From positions 1 through 53,655 of IMG/VR virus record IMGVR_UViG_3300002855_000208: a stretch of 53,655 nt of DNA. One strand, given 5' to 3'. The notes beneath the pieces were generated by a model. It worked only from the letters and a program-made list of their open reading frames with translations. It ran no database searches and was not told the DNA's origin. Made by a program: the position numbers and the translations under genes. Source of the stretch: a virus (taxonomy: Duplodnaviria; Caudoviricetes). Positions 26,163 to 37,300 of this stretch are shown piece by piece (position 1 is the first letter of the stretch; each line of letters begins with the position of its first letter).

Positions 26163-27656
26163 TTGACCATCGAATACGTCAAAAAAACATTCCCACCACC
26201 GCCATATGACCAGGAAGTCGCGAACATGCTCTATTATCGCTTATTGTACGAGGGCGAACATGCTGAGATATTCCCCCGGGCAAAGACTCTCGGCAATACC
26301 AAGCGCTTTCGAATGAAGCGAGTGGGTATCAGATCATGGAAACAGATCGAAGAAACGGTTGAGTCCAACGATCAGTATATCGTGGCAAACTTCGCCGGGC
26401 TGATTGCGGAAATTCCGGCCGACTTGCTCAACAGAGCGATTGGAAATATCTCTGCGGACACCGAAGAAGGCCCGGAACTCGAGTTCGTGTCCAACGTCGT
26501 CACAGCTTCTAAGCCGGGTGAAAAGATGTGGGCCGCAGTTACGCAACATCAAGTGGACGGGCTTGTCGCCTACCGGGTGCGTCGTGACTCGAAAGGGAAA
26601 GTGTGGTTCGAATGGATGTCTGGCGACAGGTACTTCCCGCACGATGACAACAATGGCGCCGACATTGCATGGGTCGAAGAGTGGGGCGAGGACAACAACA
26701 AAGACAAGTATCTCAGGGTTGAACGCCAAAGGCTTACTGATTCCGGCCTAGTGGTTAAACAAATGGTGTTCACGATGGAAGGAGATACCGTTAATGAGGA
26801 GATGGAGATTAAAGCGTATATGGAGAAATATACGCTTGATATTCCTGAAGACCGTGAGTTGTCCGGCGTCACCGAACTACTATGCGACTTCATACCGAAC
26901 GACGAAACACTTCTCAAGAAGCGCGGCCGATCGGCTCTTCGGAACATCGACGGAATCCAGGAGGAGATCAACTGGACGATCACCCGGGACTCTATTGTCT
27001 TTGAGAAGCACGGGAAACCAAAGCTTGCGATTCCGCGCAGTCTATGGGACACGGTAGCGAACAAAAACAACAAAGACTATGGCCAACGATTCGTCCGGAA
27101 CGCCGATCTTGAGGTTGTTTCCTACGACGAGAATAAGGGTGCTGTTCCGATGTACATCGTTTGGGACGCTAAGACGGATCAGTCCTTCAAACATGTCGAG
27201 CGCCTTATCAAGTACATGCTTTCCGTGTCCAAGACTTCGCCGCAAGCTGCCGGGCTCGAGGAAGGAACGGGAGCCAAAGCCGCGGTTGCGATGCTCTATG
27301 AGTGGATGGTCTCGGTCATCAAGGCCGAGGCTGTTAAATCCAAGTTCGACGCGGCAATCAAGGATGCCATTCGAAAGTGCATGATCTTGGAGAATGCTTT
27401 AGGATCAGCCAACCTTGAAGTGAAAGACCCTGTAATCGAGTGGGGCGATATGCTGCCGAAGGCAGAGTCTGAGATTGCAGCCGAAGAGATGGCAAAATAC
27501 GAATCCGGCGTCCAATCACTTGAAACAACAGTTCGTAAAATACATCCGGATTGGTCGGAGGAAGCTATTCAGGAAGAGATTAAGAAGATTCAGGAAGAAG
27601 AGGCCGCAAGGTCTTTGAATCCTACTTACCAACAGCCGCCAAAGGTGACGGTGTGA
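26163..27656 (+). CDS. Portal protein (SPP1/A118-like)
   Basis: Size and position after TerL; C-terminal IHPDWSEE..EEIKKI. Confidence 0.85.
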   Translation: MTIEYVKKTFPPPPYDQEVANMLYYRLLYEGEHAEIFPRAKTLGNTKRFRMKRVGIRSWKQIEETVESNDQYIVANFAGLIAEIPADLLNRAIGNISADTEEGPELEFVSNVVTASKPGEKMWAAVTQHQVDGLVAYRVRRDSKGKVWFEWMSGDRYFPHDDNNGADIAWVEEWGEDNNKDKYLRVERQRLTDSGLVVKQMVFTMEGDTVNEEMEIKAYMEKYTLDIPEDRELSGVTELLCDFIPNDETLLKKRGRSALRNIDGIQEEINWTITRDSIVFEKHGKPKLAIPRSLWDTVANKNNKDYGQRFVRNADLEVVSYDENKGAVPMYIVWDAKTDQSFKHVERLIKYMLSVSKTSPQAAGLEEGTGAKAAVAMLYEWMVSVIKAEAVKSKFDAAIKDAIRKCMILENALGSANLEVKDPVIEWGDMLPKAESEIAAEEMAKYESGVQSLETTVRKIHPDWSEEAIQEEIKKIQEEEAARSLNPTYQQPPKVTV

Positions 27657-27657
27657 T

Positions 27658-28707
27658 ATGGCGACCGCCGAACAGTTAATCGCCCTATACGTAGCCGCCG
27701 ACGAACGCCTCCGCGCCCTTATCCAGTCCCTTGAAGAAGGGAACATAAGCCGCAGGCGCAAGGAAGAACTGCTCCGTCAGGTCGAGAAGATCATTGAGGA
27801 ACTGACAAGCAAGTCCGGGCAACGAATGGCCGAAATCGTTGGCGATGAGTATCGATCCGGTGCCGCGGCAGCTGTTAATCAAATGATTAAAGTGGGCGCT
27901 GTCGCTGAATCGATCGACCGCACGTTGAAGCCAATCATCCACCAACGGGCAGCGCAGGCGATCATGGACGAAGCCTTTTATTCAATCCTTGAAGCTTCCG
28001 AACACATGTCCAGGGACGCGAAGAAACGGATTGAGGATGCGGTAAGGCAAGCGAACGAGCGGTCGTTGGTTGAGGGGGTTAGCCGCCGTCAAGCGACGAA
28101 GCAAGCCGTCGCAGAACTCAACGAACGCGGAATAACTGGAATGATCGCACGAAATGGTGCTCTCATCCCGGCCGACAAGTACATGTCCGGCGTTGTTCAC
28201 TTCCATCTTCGTAAAGCGCATGTAACCGGTAGCAAGAACATGTCCGTCCAGAACGGCTATGACCTAGTTTATATCAATGAGGTCGGGATTACTTGCGAAT
28301 ACTGCGCGGTCTATCAAGGCCGGGTATATTCGATCAGCGGTGACGATCCGCGCTTTCCGAAGCTTGAGGAAGAGCCGCCGTACCATGCGCATTGCGTCCA
28401 TTCTATGACGCCTTGGATTGAGGAATACCAGAAGCCGGAGGATGTCGAGAAGATGATCGCAGCTTCTGGACGGCCGTTTACAGACAACCGGACGCAGGCG
28501 AACATTCGCCGTTACAAGGAAATTCAGACGCTCAAGTCCCGGAAGAACGAGACGCGCAAGCAATGGATTCGATACAAAGCCGCGATGCCGGATGGTACTC
28601 CGAACCTTAAACAGTTTGCGAGCATGAAGGCGCGGAATACGCAGGCGTACCGGGATTTGCTAGAGGATTACCGGAAGGTGAGTGCAGCGGCTAAGTCGGA
28701 GGGGTGA
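27658..28707 (+). CDS. Minor capsid/head morphogenesis protein
   Basis: CEYCAVYQGRVYS...PPYHAHCVH. Confidence 0.85.
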   Translation: MATAEQLIALYVAADERLRALIQSLEEGNISRRRKEELLRQVEKIIEELTSKSGQRMAEIVGDEYRSGAAAAVNQMIKVGAVAESIDRTLKPIIHQRAAQAIMDEAFYSILEASEHMSRDAKKRIEDAVRQANERSLVEGVSRRQATKQAVAELNERGITGMIARNGALIPADKYMSGVVHFHLRKAHVTGSKNMSVQNGYDLVYINEVGITCEYCAVYQGRVYSISGDDPRFPKLEEEPPYHAHCVHSMTPWIEEYQKPEDVEKMIAASGRPFTDNRTQANIRRYKEIQTLKSRKNETRKQWIRYKAAMPDGTPNLKQFASMKARNTQAYRDLLEDYRKVSAAAKSEG

Positions 28708-28709
28708 AG

Positions 28710-28862
28710 GTGAAAAAGCAATTTATCATCGAGGTCGATGTTGTCGAAGGCTCTGTTGATTATCAGAACCCGGACGAACTCAGCTTTTTCGAAGTTCTTG
28801 GCGCAATGGAATATGTGAAGTTGATGATATCCAATAAGTTTGACGAGGAAGTCGCTGAATAG
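28710..28862 (+). CDS. 50-aa acidic protein, not in ORF track
   Basis: GGAGG RBS, GTG start, MKKQFIIEVDVVEGSVDY... Confidence 0.5.
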   Translation: MKKQFIIEVDVVEGSVDYQNPDELSFFEVLGAMEYVKLMISNKFDEEVAE

Positions 28863-28876
28863 GCGGCTTTTTCTTT

Positions 28877-28941
28877 TGTCCAAACCGTGGCATGACGCAA
28901 AACTGCTATTCGAGGATGTCCACCCGGACGTAAAACAGGAG
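28877..28941 (+). promoter_or_regulatory. Tandem pseudoknot-like leader of scaffold gene
   Basis: Two TGTCC...GACGYAAAAC units. Confidence 0.5.
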
Positions 28942-28947
28942 GTCATT

Positions 28948-29637
28948 ATGGAAAAGTATAAATCGAAATTTGCCCTGAAGATGGATTTGCAGACGTTTGC
29001 TGAACCGAACCCCAATCCGGATCCGAACCCTAACCCAAATCCCAATCCGAATCCGGAAAAAACGTTCACGCAAGCGGAATTGGACGCTGCGGTCACATCA
29101 CGTCTTTCCAGGGCAGAGAAAGCAGCGAAGACGGCTCTCGCAAAGGAACTTGGATTCGATTCTATTGAGGCGATGCAAGCGGCCTTAAAGAAGCCGGAAG
29201 GCGGCAGCAAGGGCAAAGGTGAAGAGGGAACGGCGCTTTCGATGGAAGACGTTGAGAAGCGCGCCAAAGAACTGCTCGAAGCTGGCCAAAAGGAACAAAA
29301 CGAGAAGACGTTCAAGCGTCTGCTCGCCGCCGAGGTTAAGGTTTTGGCAAGCGAACTCGGGTTTGCCGATTGGGAAGATGCTCATGCACTCGCCGATCTA
29401 TCGAAGGTCGAAGAAGACGACAAGGGCAATCTGACCGGGGTGAAAGAAGCGCTTGAAGACTTGTTGAAGAAGAAGCCGCATCTGGGAAAGCAGAAGCTGG
29501 GCGGTGCTTTTGGCGCTCACGTTGGTGGTACGGGCAGCGGTGGAAGCGACAAGAAGGCGAGACTCGAACACATGAAAAAGATGGCTCAAGAAGCCGGAAA
29601 TGTTACATCGGCCGCAAATGACCCATGGAAACGATAA
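28948..29637 (+). CDS. Capsid scaffolding protein
   Basis: MDLQTFAE, NP repeats, KTFTQAELD, coiled coil. Confidence 0.88.
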   Translation: MEKYKSKFALKMDLQTFAEPNPNPDPNPNPNPNPNPEKTFTQAELDAAVTSRLSRAEKAAKTALAKELGFDSIEAMQAALKKPEGGSKGKGEEGTALSMEDVEKRAKELLEAGQKEQNEKTFKRLLAAEVKVLASELGFADWEDAHALADLSKVEEDDKGNLTGVKEALEDLLKKKPHLGKQKLGGAFGAHVGGTGSGGSDKKARLEHMKKMAQEAGNVTSAANDPWKR

Positions 29638-29652
29638 GGAGAGTGAAATCAA

Positions 29653-30030
29653 ATGAGATTGCAACCAAAGAAACAGTTCGAAGTCGATTCGGACTACGAA
29701 ATTCTCGCTTCACTGGACGTTGTGCGCGAGGTGACGAACGGCATCACGGTCGATTCGGCAAAGGTGATCGCTGATTCAAATGGCGACAAGATCATCTCGA
29801 AGGGCATGCCTATGGCAAAGGTAACCGCATCTGGTAAATACGTACCTTACAATCCTTCCGGAACGGATGGCAGCGAAAACCCGACTGTCATCTTGAAACG
29901 AACTGTTAACGTCAAAGACGGCGATCATGTTGTCGGCGGATACGAGGTTGCCAAGGTCATCGCGGCCCGTATTCCTGTCACTGTTGACGATACGCTGCGT
30001 GAAAAGATGCCGCACATTGTATTTGCTTAA
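29653..30030 (+). CDS. Head decoration protein
   Basis: Between scaffold and MCP; GKYVPY...DGSE. Confidence 0.8.
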   Translation: MRLQPKKQFEVDSDYEILASLDVVREVTNGITVDSAKVIADSNGDKIISKGMPMAKVTASGKYVPYNPSGTDGSENPTVILKRTVNVKDGDHVVGGYEVAKVIAARIPVTVDDTLREKMPHIVFA

Positions 30031-30067
30031 CCCGAAAAAGACGCAAACGGAAAGGGATGAATAATCA

Positions 30068-31153
30068 ATGAGTGAAGAATTGTTGATGCTTGAAGATGCA
30101 TTGTCCGGAGAAGAGTTGCTTACGTATGCGAGCAACGTCACTGTTCCTAGCGACTATTGGCAAAGCGTTTTGTTTCCGCCGCGGCAAACCGATGAATTGA
30201 CCGTCGACGTAATTAAGTCATCTTCTCGCCTGCCGGTTATGGCGCAAATCGCTGAGCTTGGCACGGAAACGGTATACGGATCGCGTGAAGGCGTATCCGG
30301 GACGCAAGTAGAAATTCCGAAAATCCAACGCGGTCGATGGATGGATGAGAAGCTAATCCGTCTATTGTTGCAAGCGAACCAAGGCGGCGGGCTTCGTCGC
30401 CAAGAAGTCGCCCGGATTGTTCGCGAACAACTGGATGATGGCAAATATGCAGTCGATGCGATTCGCGCTCGTCGTGAATGGATTGCGATGCAGGCCGTCA
30501 GCGTCGGCGCTATCAGCTACGCTGAAGGTAACGTTAAGATCAGTGTGGATTATGGCTACGTGAACGATCAGAAGCCGGTTTTGAGCGGTACTGACCGTTG
30601 GAACGACACTGAAAACTCGAAGCCACTTGAGGACATTCAGACCTGGTTCCAGTATCAGGCAGATCGCGGTGTGAAACTGACTCGCGCCTTCACAACACAG
30701 AAGATCATCGCTCTTCTGTTGCAGAACAAATCGGCTCGGATCGCTTATCACGGTGACCCGTCCGGAAGCGCAAACCCACCGCAGCTCACCAAGGCTCAAT
30801 TGGATTCGGTGACAGATTCCCTTGGCCTGCCGCGCATTGTCGCGTATGACACGCAGGCGCGCACCGAGAACGAGGCATTGACGGGCGGCAAACTTGCCTT
30901 CACGACTGTTCGCATGGCTCCTCAAGATCGTTTCGTAATGCTGCCAGAAGGTCCACTCGGGAACTACCTTTGGGCTGAGACGACGGAATCGATGGTAGAC
31001 GGCATCGACGCCGAAATGACCGGGGACATGGGAATCTATGTATTCCGGGATCTCACAAGCAAGCATCCGCTGCGCTTGCGTACGGTCGGCGTGAACCTTG
31101 CGTTCCCGGTATTTCCGTATGCTGATTCGGTTATGTCGGCCACGGTCATTTAA
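30068..31153 (+). CDS. Major capsid protein (lambda E-like family)
   Basis: 361 aa; RREWIAMQA...VDYG...W; position. Confidence 0.9.
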   Translation: MSEELLMLEDALSGEELLTYASNVTVPSDYWQSVLFPPRQTDELTVDVIKSSSRLPVMAQIAELGTETVYGSREGVSGTQVEIPKIQRGRWMDEKLIRLLLQANQGGGLRRQEVARIVREQLDDGKYAVDAIRARREWIAMQAVSVGAISYAEGNVKISVDYGYVNDQKPVLSGTDRWNDTENSKPLEDIQTWFQYQADRGVKLTRAFTTQKIIALLLQNKSARIAYHGDPSGSANPPQLTKAQLDSVTDSLGLPRIVAYDTQARTENEALTGGKLAFTTVRMAPQDRFVMLPEGPLGNYLWAETTESMVDGIDAEMTGDMGIYVFRDLTSKHPLRLRTVGVNLAFPVFPYADSVMSATVI

Positions 31154-31200
31154 TGGAGCGCCTTCGGGCGCTCTTTCTCATTAAGAAAGGGTGAATCAAG

Positions 31201-31530
31201 GTGAAAATCAAAGTAACCGGTGTTGTTAAATACGGCGGACAATGGCGAACGCCCGGAGACGTTCTTGACGACGTTTCCGATGAGATCGGCAAACAGATGA
31301 TCGGTCAGGATGTCGGCGAAGAAATCGCTATGACCCCTGAAGAGATAGCCGCGGAAGAAGCTGCTAAAAAGGCAGAAGAAGAGGAGAAAGCGGCTGCAGA
31401 AGCAGCGAAGCAGGCCGAGAAAGAACTTAAGGCGCTCCGGAAGAAAGCCGAGAAGCTTGGAATTGAAGGTTTCGGAGAAAAGGATGCCGAAACGCTTGCC
31501 GTGGAGATCGCTGCGGCTGAGCAAAAGTAG
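31201..31530 (+). CDS. Small head-associated protein
   Basis: Follows MCP; Ala/Glu/Lys-rich. Confidence 0.65.
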   Translation: MKIKVTGVVKYGGQWRTPGDVLDDVSDEIGKQMIGQDVGEEIAMTPEEIAAEEAAKKAEEEEKAAAEAAKQAEKELKALRKKAEKLGIEGFGEKDAETLAVEIAAAEQK

Positions 31531-31926
31531 GTGATCCAAATGGACCCCCAAGAAGTAGAGGACTGGATTTCCGCGAACATGCTAGACACTGACGCCTGGG
31601 ATAGAGCGACTGAACACAAGCGAAATGTTGCTATTGTTCAAGCCGATCGCAATCTCTCACAATGGTATCCCGACGTGTCACCGACAGTCGAAATCGTCTC
31701 TTATCAGGCCGTTTGGGAGCTTCAGGGCATTGATCCGGCGCTCAAATACCAAAAGCACAACGTCAAACAGGTGACAGACAATGGCGAGTCCGTCAGCTAC
31801 AAGGACGGAGAGCGCCCTGTCGTCGCTCCAGACGTGCGCGAACTGCTTGGACCTACCGCTGATGAGTTGGCGGAAATGGAAGCCGAGAAAGACGCGCAGA
31901 GGCAATATGGCGGTGCGTTGGTATGA
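31531..31926 (+). CDS. Head-tail adaptor
   Basis: Position and size. Confidence 0.65.
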   Translation: MIQMDPQEVEDWISANMLDTDAWDRATEHKRNVAIVQADRNLSQWYPDVSPTVEIVSYQAVWELQGIDPALKYQKHNVKQVTDNGESVSYKDGERPVVAPDVRELLGPTADELAEMEAEKDAQRQYGGALV

Positions 31927-32240
31927 GTCTCTTCGGATATCCGGCAAAGGTCGTACATTGGCACTCCGGGAAAGACGATTGGGAACGGCCGCTCCCCCCG
32001 ATTGAGACGGAAAAGGCCGCGAAAATCATCGAAGAGCAGCGCTTGATTCGTAACGCCAAAGGCGAAGAGGTGCAGATCGCCTATACCATTTTCCTTGAAG
32101 GCGTTAATGCGCTCAGTCTCGACGATTATTTCGAGTACAAAAACGCGCTTGGTGAAAAGATCACGATCCGAGTCTCTCATTACGAGGTACGAAAGTTTCT
32201 CGGAACGGATGACGTGAAAGAGGTCGTCGTCTATGGCTGA
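31923..32240 (+). CDS. Head closure protein
   Basis: Position; DDWER...LIRNAKGEEV. Confidence 0.65.
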   Translation: MSLFGYPAKVVHWHSGKDDWERPLPPIETEKAAKIIEEQRLIRNAKGEEVQIAYTIFLEGVNALSLDDYFEYKNALGEKITIRVSHYEVRKFLGTDDVKEVVVYG

Positions 32241-32676
32241 GGGGTTTAGCTTTGAACTCAATGGTTTGGAAGCTATTGTGTCGGGGTTGGATAACTGGGT
32301 TAAAGACTTCGACGAACGTTTAGATGTCACGCTGACAAGGATCGCCCTGAAAATCATTGATGACGCTAGACGTTTGGCGCCGATCGATGAGGGAGACCTT
32401 GAGGCCGCATTAAACGTCGGAGAAGTCAAAAAGATGGTTAACTCCATGTACATCGATCTCGGCGCAAGCCCCGAAGTGGATTCGTACGCCACCGTCCAAC
32501 ACGAGGGGTTCAGAAAAACCGCAAGTGGAACCATCGTCGCAATGACGCCGGGCAAGAAGACGCTCAGCAAAGGAATGCACGGTGGATATATGCCGGGAAA
32601 GAAGTTCCTCGAAAATGCGCTAAAGATGAACGAGCAGTACATCATCGAAGAACTTTCAAAAATCCTCAAGGGGTGA
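32233..32676 (+). CDS. HK97 gp10-like neck protein
   Basis: APIDEGDL, YATVQHEG, KFLENA. Confidence 0.85.
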   Translation: MAEGFSFELNGLEAIVSGLDNWVKDFDERLDVTLTRIALKIIDDARRLAPIDEGDLEAALNVGEVKKMVNSMYIDLGASPEVDSYATVQHEGFRKTASGTIVAMTPGKKTLSKGMHGGYMPGKKFLENALKMNEQYIIEELSKILKG

Positions 32677-33086
32677 TGCCATTGCTTGCATCCGAACTGA
32701 TTACTTATCTGACCGCAGCAGGCTACACTGTTTATCCGGATGCAAACTTTCTTCCGGCCGACCTACCGGAGTCAAAGCTGCCTTGCCTGTTTGTGTTCGG
32801 AACTGGCGGATACGCGCCACAAAACTACGTTCCGACAGAGCGACCGACGTATCAAGTCATTATCAAGGGTAAGTCTTACAAGACTAACCCTGCGAATATG
32901 GCCACGACCGAGGCGCTGGCAAAGAAGTTAATCAAGCACTTGCACAGACGATCGAACTATCGCGTCGGATCGGCAAGTGTTTTTTCATCGTTGGCGCTGC
33001 AATCGAGCCCAATTCCACTTGGTCTGGATGACAAGGGCATGCCAATGTACTCTACAAATTTTGTTTTTTACACAAGGGAGGAATAA
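32673..33086 (+). CDS. Tail terminator
   Basis: PTYQVIIKG...LGLDDKG...STNF. Confidence 0.75.
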   Translation: MMPLLASELITYLTAAGYTVYPDANFLPADLPESKLPCLFVFGTGGYAPQNYVPTERPTYQVIIKGKSYKTNPANMATTEALAKKLIKHLHRRSNYRVGSASVFSSLALQSSPIPLGLDDKGMPMYSTNFVFYTREE

Positions 33087-33089
33087 CCC

Positions 33090-33641
33090 ATGAGTGACGT
33101 AAAGAAGATTTATGCCGGCCCCGGAATCTTTATCTGGGGTGTCGATGACAAGGGCGCAGAGGACGCCGACTCGGTCGTCATTGACCTAACGCAAGGAGGC
33201 ATTCGGTTTTATACCGAATCTACTTACTTTGAGCCTACGACGGATCAAACCGGGACGGCTCCAGTCAAGTCGATCTATACCGGAACGGTCGGCCGGGTTG
33301 AGTTTGAAACGCCGGACGTTGATTTTGAACCGGTCATCAAGTTTAACCCGAACGCTTCTAAAGTTATCGATTCCACGGACCCGGATACGGTCAAGTATCA
33401 AGTAACTGGACTTGCCGGGCAAGAACTTCCGCGCAAACGCGCGGTTATCAAGCCGCTCGGAATCGATGATCCATCGCGCTTTATTTATCTCGAGTCCTGC
33501 GGTGTTAAGTTTGACGCCAACGCGCAGTTCATGCTTGACGACAACCAAAAGTTCTCGATCAACGCGACGGCGTATCCTGACCTGGATGCAACGCCGAAAG
33601 GTCTGCTCTACACTTGGGGCGACATTAAAGCAACCGCATAA
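33090..33641 (+). CDS. Major tail tube protein
   Basis: Position; GPG, TQGG, DQTG; followed by terminator 33644-33668. Confidence 0.8.
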   Translation: MSDVKKIYAGPGIFIWGVDDKGAEDADSVVIDLTQGGIRFYTESTYFEPTTDQTGTAPVKSIYTGTVGRVEFETPDVDFEPVIKFNPNASKVIDSTDPDTVKYQVTGLAGQELPRKRAVIKPLGIDDPSRFIYLESCGVKFDANAQFMLDDNQKFSINATAYPDLDATPKGLLYTWGDIKATA

Positions 33642-33692
33642 TAGAGGGGGCTTCGGCCCTCTCTTTTTCATTTCATCCCAATAGGGGGAATC

Positions 33693-34094
33693 ATGATGTT
33701 TAACTTCTTCCGCAAAGAACTTGTACAGCTTGGAAATAAACGAGTTGAAGTACCGAAACTGACCCGAGCACGCCTAAAGAAACTGACCGAACATATCGGA
33801 ACCATCGGCGACTTGCTCGTTAAGCTTTTTATGACACCCGAAAATGACCGTGCGGTTTTTCTAGTAGCAGCCGCCGACGTGACTATAGATGAGATTTACG
33901 AACTGACCTCGCTTCTGAGTGATATTCCAATTGACTACTTGGATGATCATGCCGGACTTTCCGAATGCACCGAATTCCTCCGGCTGACATGGGAACGTAA
34001 CGACGTGAACAAAGCCTTGGGAAACGTCAACAGCCTGATACCTCAACTGGCTCAGGAGTTCGTGAACAGTCTGGTAAATCAGGCAAAAGAATAA
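33693..34094 (+). CDS. Tail assembly chaperone (G-like)
   Basis: Between tail tube and tape measure. Confidence 0.8.
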   Translation: MMFNFFRKELVQLGNKRVEVPKLTRARLKKLTEHIGTIGDLLVKLFMTPENDRAVFLVAAADVTIDEIYELTSLLSDIPIDYLDDHAGLSECTEFLRLTWERNDVNKALGNVNSLIPQLAQEFVNSLVNQAKE

Positions 34095-34390
34095 CCCAAG
34101 ATGAATTCGTAAACATCTGCTGCATTGTACTGGGAAAGACGCAGTACGAGGTGGAGAACGAATACGCCTTTATCGATCTTCCCGGTCTACTGGAGATCCG
34201 GACTGAGCGCCGGGCGATGGAACTGCTCGAGAATATCGAAATCATACAGTTCCCGCATCTATCCGAGAAAAAGGACCGCGAAGGAATTATCAAGAAGTTG
34301 CAGGATCGAATATCGAAAGAACCTCCACCGCCGCCGAAGACGGCAGAGGAGCAATATCAGGCTCTAAAACTAAGCATGGGGGCGGGTTAA
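34019..34390 (+). other. -1 programmed frameshift and GT-like extension
   Basis: G GGA AAC at 34019-34025; -1 frame open to TAA 34390, includes listed 34151 ORF; CCTGA/TCAGG stem downstream. Confidence 0.8.
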
Positions 34391-37300
34391 ATGACGGTTG
34401 AAATCGGAGAATTGAGAGCCCGCCTTACAGCGGAAGCATCGCAGATGAAACAGGAAGTAAAATCGGTAAAGGCTGAGTTTGTAGGCTTAGGCGAGCAGGG
34501 GAAGAAAACTGCCGGAGAACTCAAAGACGTTACCGACGCAGTTAATCAGGTTGCTAAGACTAAAGATCAAATCGCCAAGTTGACTGCTTCGTTGGATATT
34601 GTCAATGCCAAGATCGAGATTCAGCAGAAGAAACTTGCCGCCTTGAAAGGCTCTTACGAAAGTGCCTTTAATGACGAACGTAAGAACAAGCTGCAAGAAC
34701 GAATCGTGAACACGGAAGCCTCTTTGTTGCGACTCACCCAAACATCGGATACTACGGCGCAGAAGATTTGGAGTTTGGAAGATAGCCTTAATCAACTTGG
34801 GGCGAGTGGGAATAAGGCTGATTCCAGTATTGAGAAGTTGGATTCGGCGCTTAAAGATGCAAATAAGCAAACGGGAGACTTCAAGTCCCAACTTTCGTCC
34901 CTTAACACCTCGTTGTCTGACGTCGGTTTGAACTCGAAGCAAATCCAGAAGATCAACGACGAGATCAAGAAGGGTAATCCCCAAATTCTTGAACAGCAAT
35001 TGAAATCGATTCGCGAACAGCTTCAAGCGCTTGGGGTAGATTCAAAAGAAATCGCTAAAATTACAGCCGAGATTGATCGCGCTGATCCAAAGGCAAAAGA
35101 ACACGAAGCGACGATTAAACGCCTGGCAATTGCATATACGGCTCTATCGGCCGCAATTGCCGCGGTGATCGTAAAGTCGGTACAAGCCGCGGCATCTTTC
35201 GAACAGGACGCCGCGGACCTAGCAGCCGCGATGAATCTCCCGATCGAAAAGACGGACGAACTGAAGCAATCGATCGTCGATCTATCCTTGCATGCAAAGC
35301 AGACCATTCCCGAAATAACCGGGACAATGGAGCAGCTAAACATCAGTTTTGGAGTTGTGGGATCCGAGCTCGAGAATTTGACTAAACAAACCCTTGAATA
35401 CGCTAGAGCCAACAAAGCAGACGCAGCACCGTCCACGTCGTTACTAACCCGCGCTGCACAAGCTTTGGGCCTGCAATACAAGGATTTGCCGGATCTGATG
35501 GACAAACTGACGTACGCTTCTCACTCGTCCGGTATTAGCATTAACGAGTTGTCCACTCTCATCATCAGTTCCGGACCGGCATTTAAGCAGTTGGGACTTA
35601 ATATCGATCGACAGATCGGATTGTTCTCTCAACTATATAAAATGGGTTCCATCCCAAGCGAAGTAATTAGTCCGCTTAACGTCGCCTTGAACAACATGGC
35701 TCAGGATGGCGCCATGAACGCGGAAGAGGCATTCAACGCCCTGATTGATCAAATCAAAAACGCGCCGGATATCCTGACGGCAACAGCAATTGCGAGTGAT
35801 ACATTCGGGTCCCGGGCAGGGGCAAAACTGGCGGGCAACATTCGAGCAGGCCGCTTTGAAGTCAATGAATGGGAAAAGTCGATCAAGAATGCTGGGGGAA
35901 CAGTTGAGAGAGTCGCCGGGACGCAAATGGATACGTTGCAGACAGCCACGACAGAGTTTAAAGCGGCACTAACGGCCGCCGAGATCGAGGTTGGAGAGAA
36001 GTTTGTTCCGACAGTTAAGATTGCGACGGAAGCCGTAACGAATCTCTTGCTTGGATTTAAAGATATGAGCTCCGCGAATCAGAACGCGGTGATTACGTTC
36101 GCTACCGTTACGGCTGGAGTGGGTATGGTAGCGACGGCTATTTCTGGATTAATCACCGCTCTTAAACTTCTTCGCGTTGCTGGGATCGCAGCCGGGGCAG
36201 CGCTAGGATGGATAACAGGCATCGCATTAGCTATAGGGGCTGTTACTGCGGCGTTTGTTAAGTACAAGACAGAGGTTCAAGAGGCGGCAAAGGCGCAAGC
36301 GGAATTTAATGATCTTGTGAGCAAAACACCCTATGCCATGACAACAAGCGAGCTTCAAACGCAACAGCAAAATCTCAAGGAAGTTAATGAACTTTTGGAA
36401 AAGAGAAGTCGCCTAGAAAAAGAGATAGCGGAGAACCAAGTGTCGATACACGCGCTCTCTCAGGCACGCGGCGGAATGTCAACAGAGTTACAAGAGATGG
36501 TCAAGAAATCGGGCAAGCTGAACAAGGAGTTAACTGATCTCGATAAAAAGCTAAAGGTTTTTGGGATCGATACTCCCGAAAAAGCCCCGGATGTGGTGGC
36601 ACGCTTAAATAAGCAAGTCAACGAAGCTTTACCTGCGCTTGTACAACTTGAGCGCCAGAGCAAGCAGGAAGCTGTCTCCCATGCTGACAACACAAAACAG
36701 TTGATGGCGCTCGTTGATGAGTACAACAAGTTAAACGCAACAGCTAAACTCACCGAGGAACAAAAGCTACGACTCGAACAAGTCTTGAAGCGTCTGAAAG
36801 AAGAATACCCGGATTTACAGGTCGAACTGGACAAGGAGCATCGGGCGCACATCAAGAACAAAGACGCTCTCAACGAATACATTACGGCCGAGAAGAACAG
36901 GGTCATCGCAACCGGCGAAGCATCCATTAAGACACTGGAAATCGCGAAAACCGAGGCTGAAAAGCGGATCGAGATCGCGAAGCAAACTCTTAAAAAGATT
37001 GAAGACTTGGAAAACGGTAAGACGAAGTCGGAAGGTAGCGGATTTAAGTTTGACGCGCCCGGCTTGGACGGCATGCGCAAGATGAGCGATCAAATGATTA
37101 AACGCGCTACCGATGCGGCTAAAAAAGAGATCAAGGAACAGATTGACAGCGAAACCGTCGCTATCAATGACGCTACTCAACTCATCCGAGATTTGTCTTT
37201 GGACAACTGGCAAGATTACATCACGAAGTCGTTTTCGAGTGCTCCAGATAAGACAAAAGCCGCGAAGGACGGCAAAGCGAAAACACTCGAACAGATTCAA

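Noticed and set aside
29003-29056. Hexamer-like tandem repeat
   Set aside because: Encodes an Asn-Pro linker typical of scaffolding proteins
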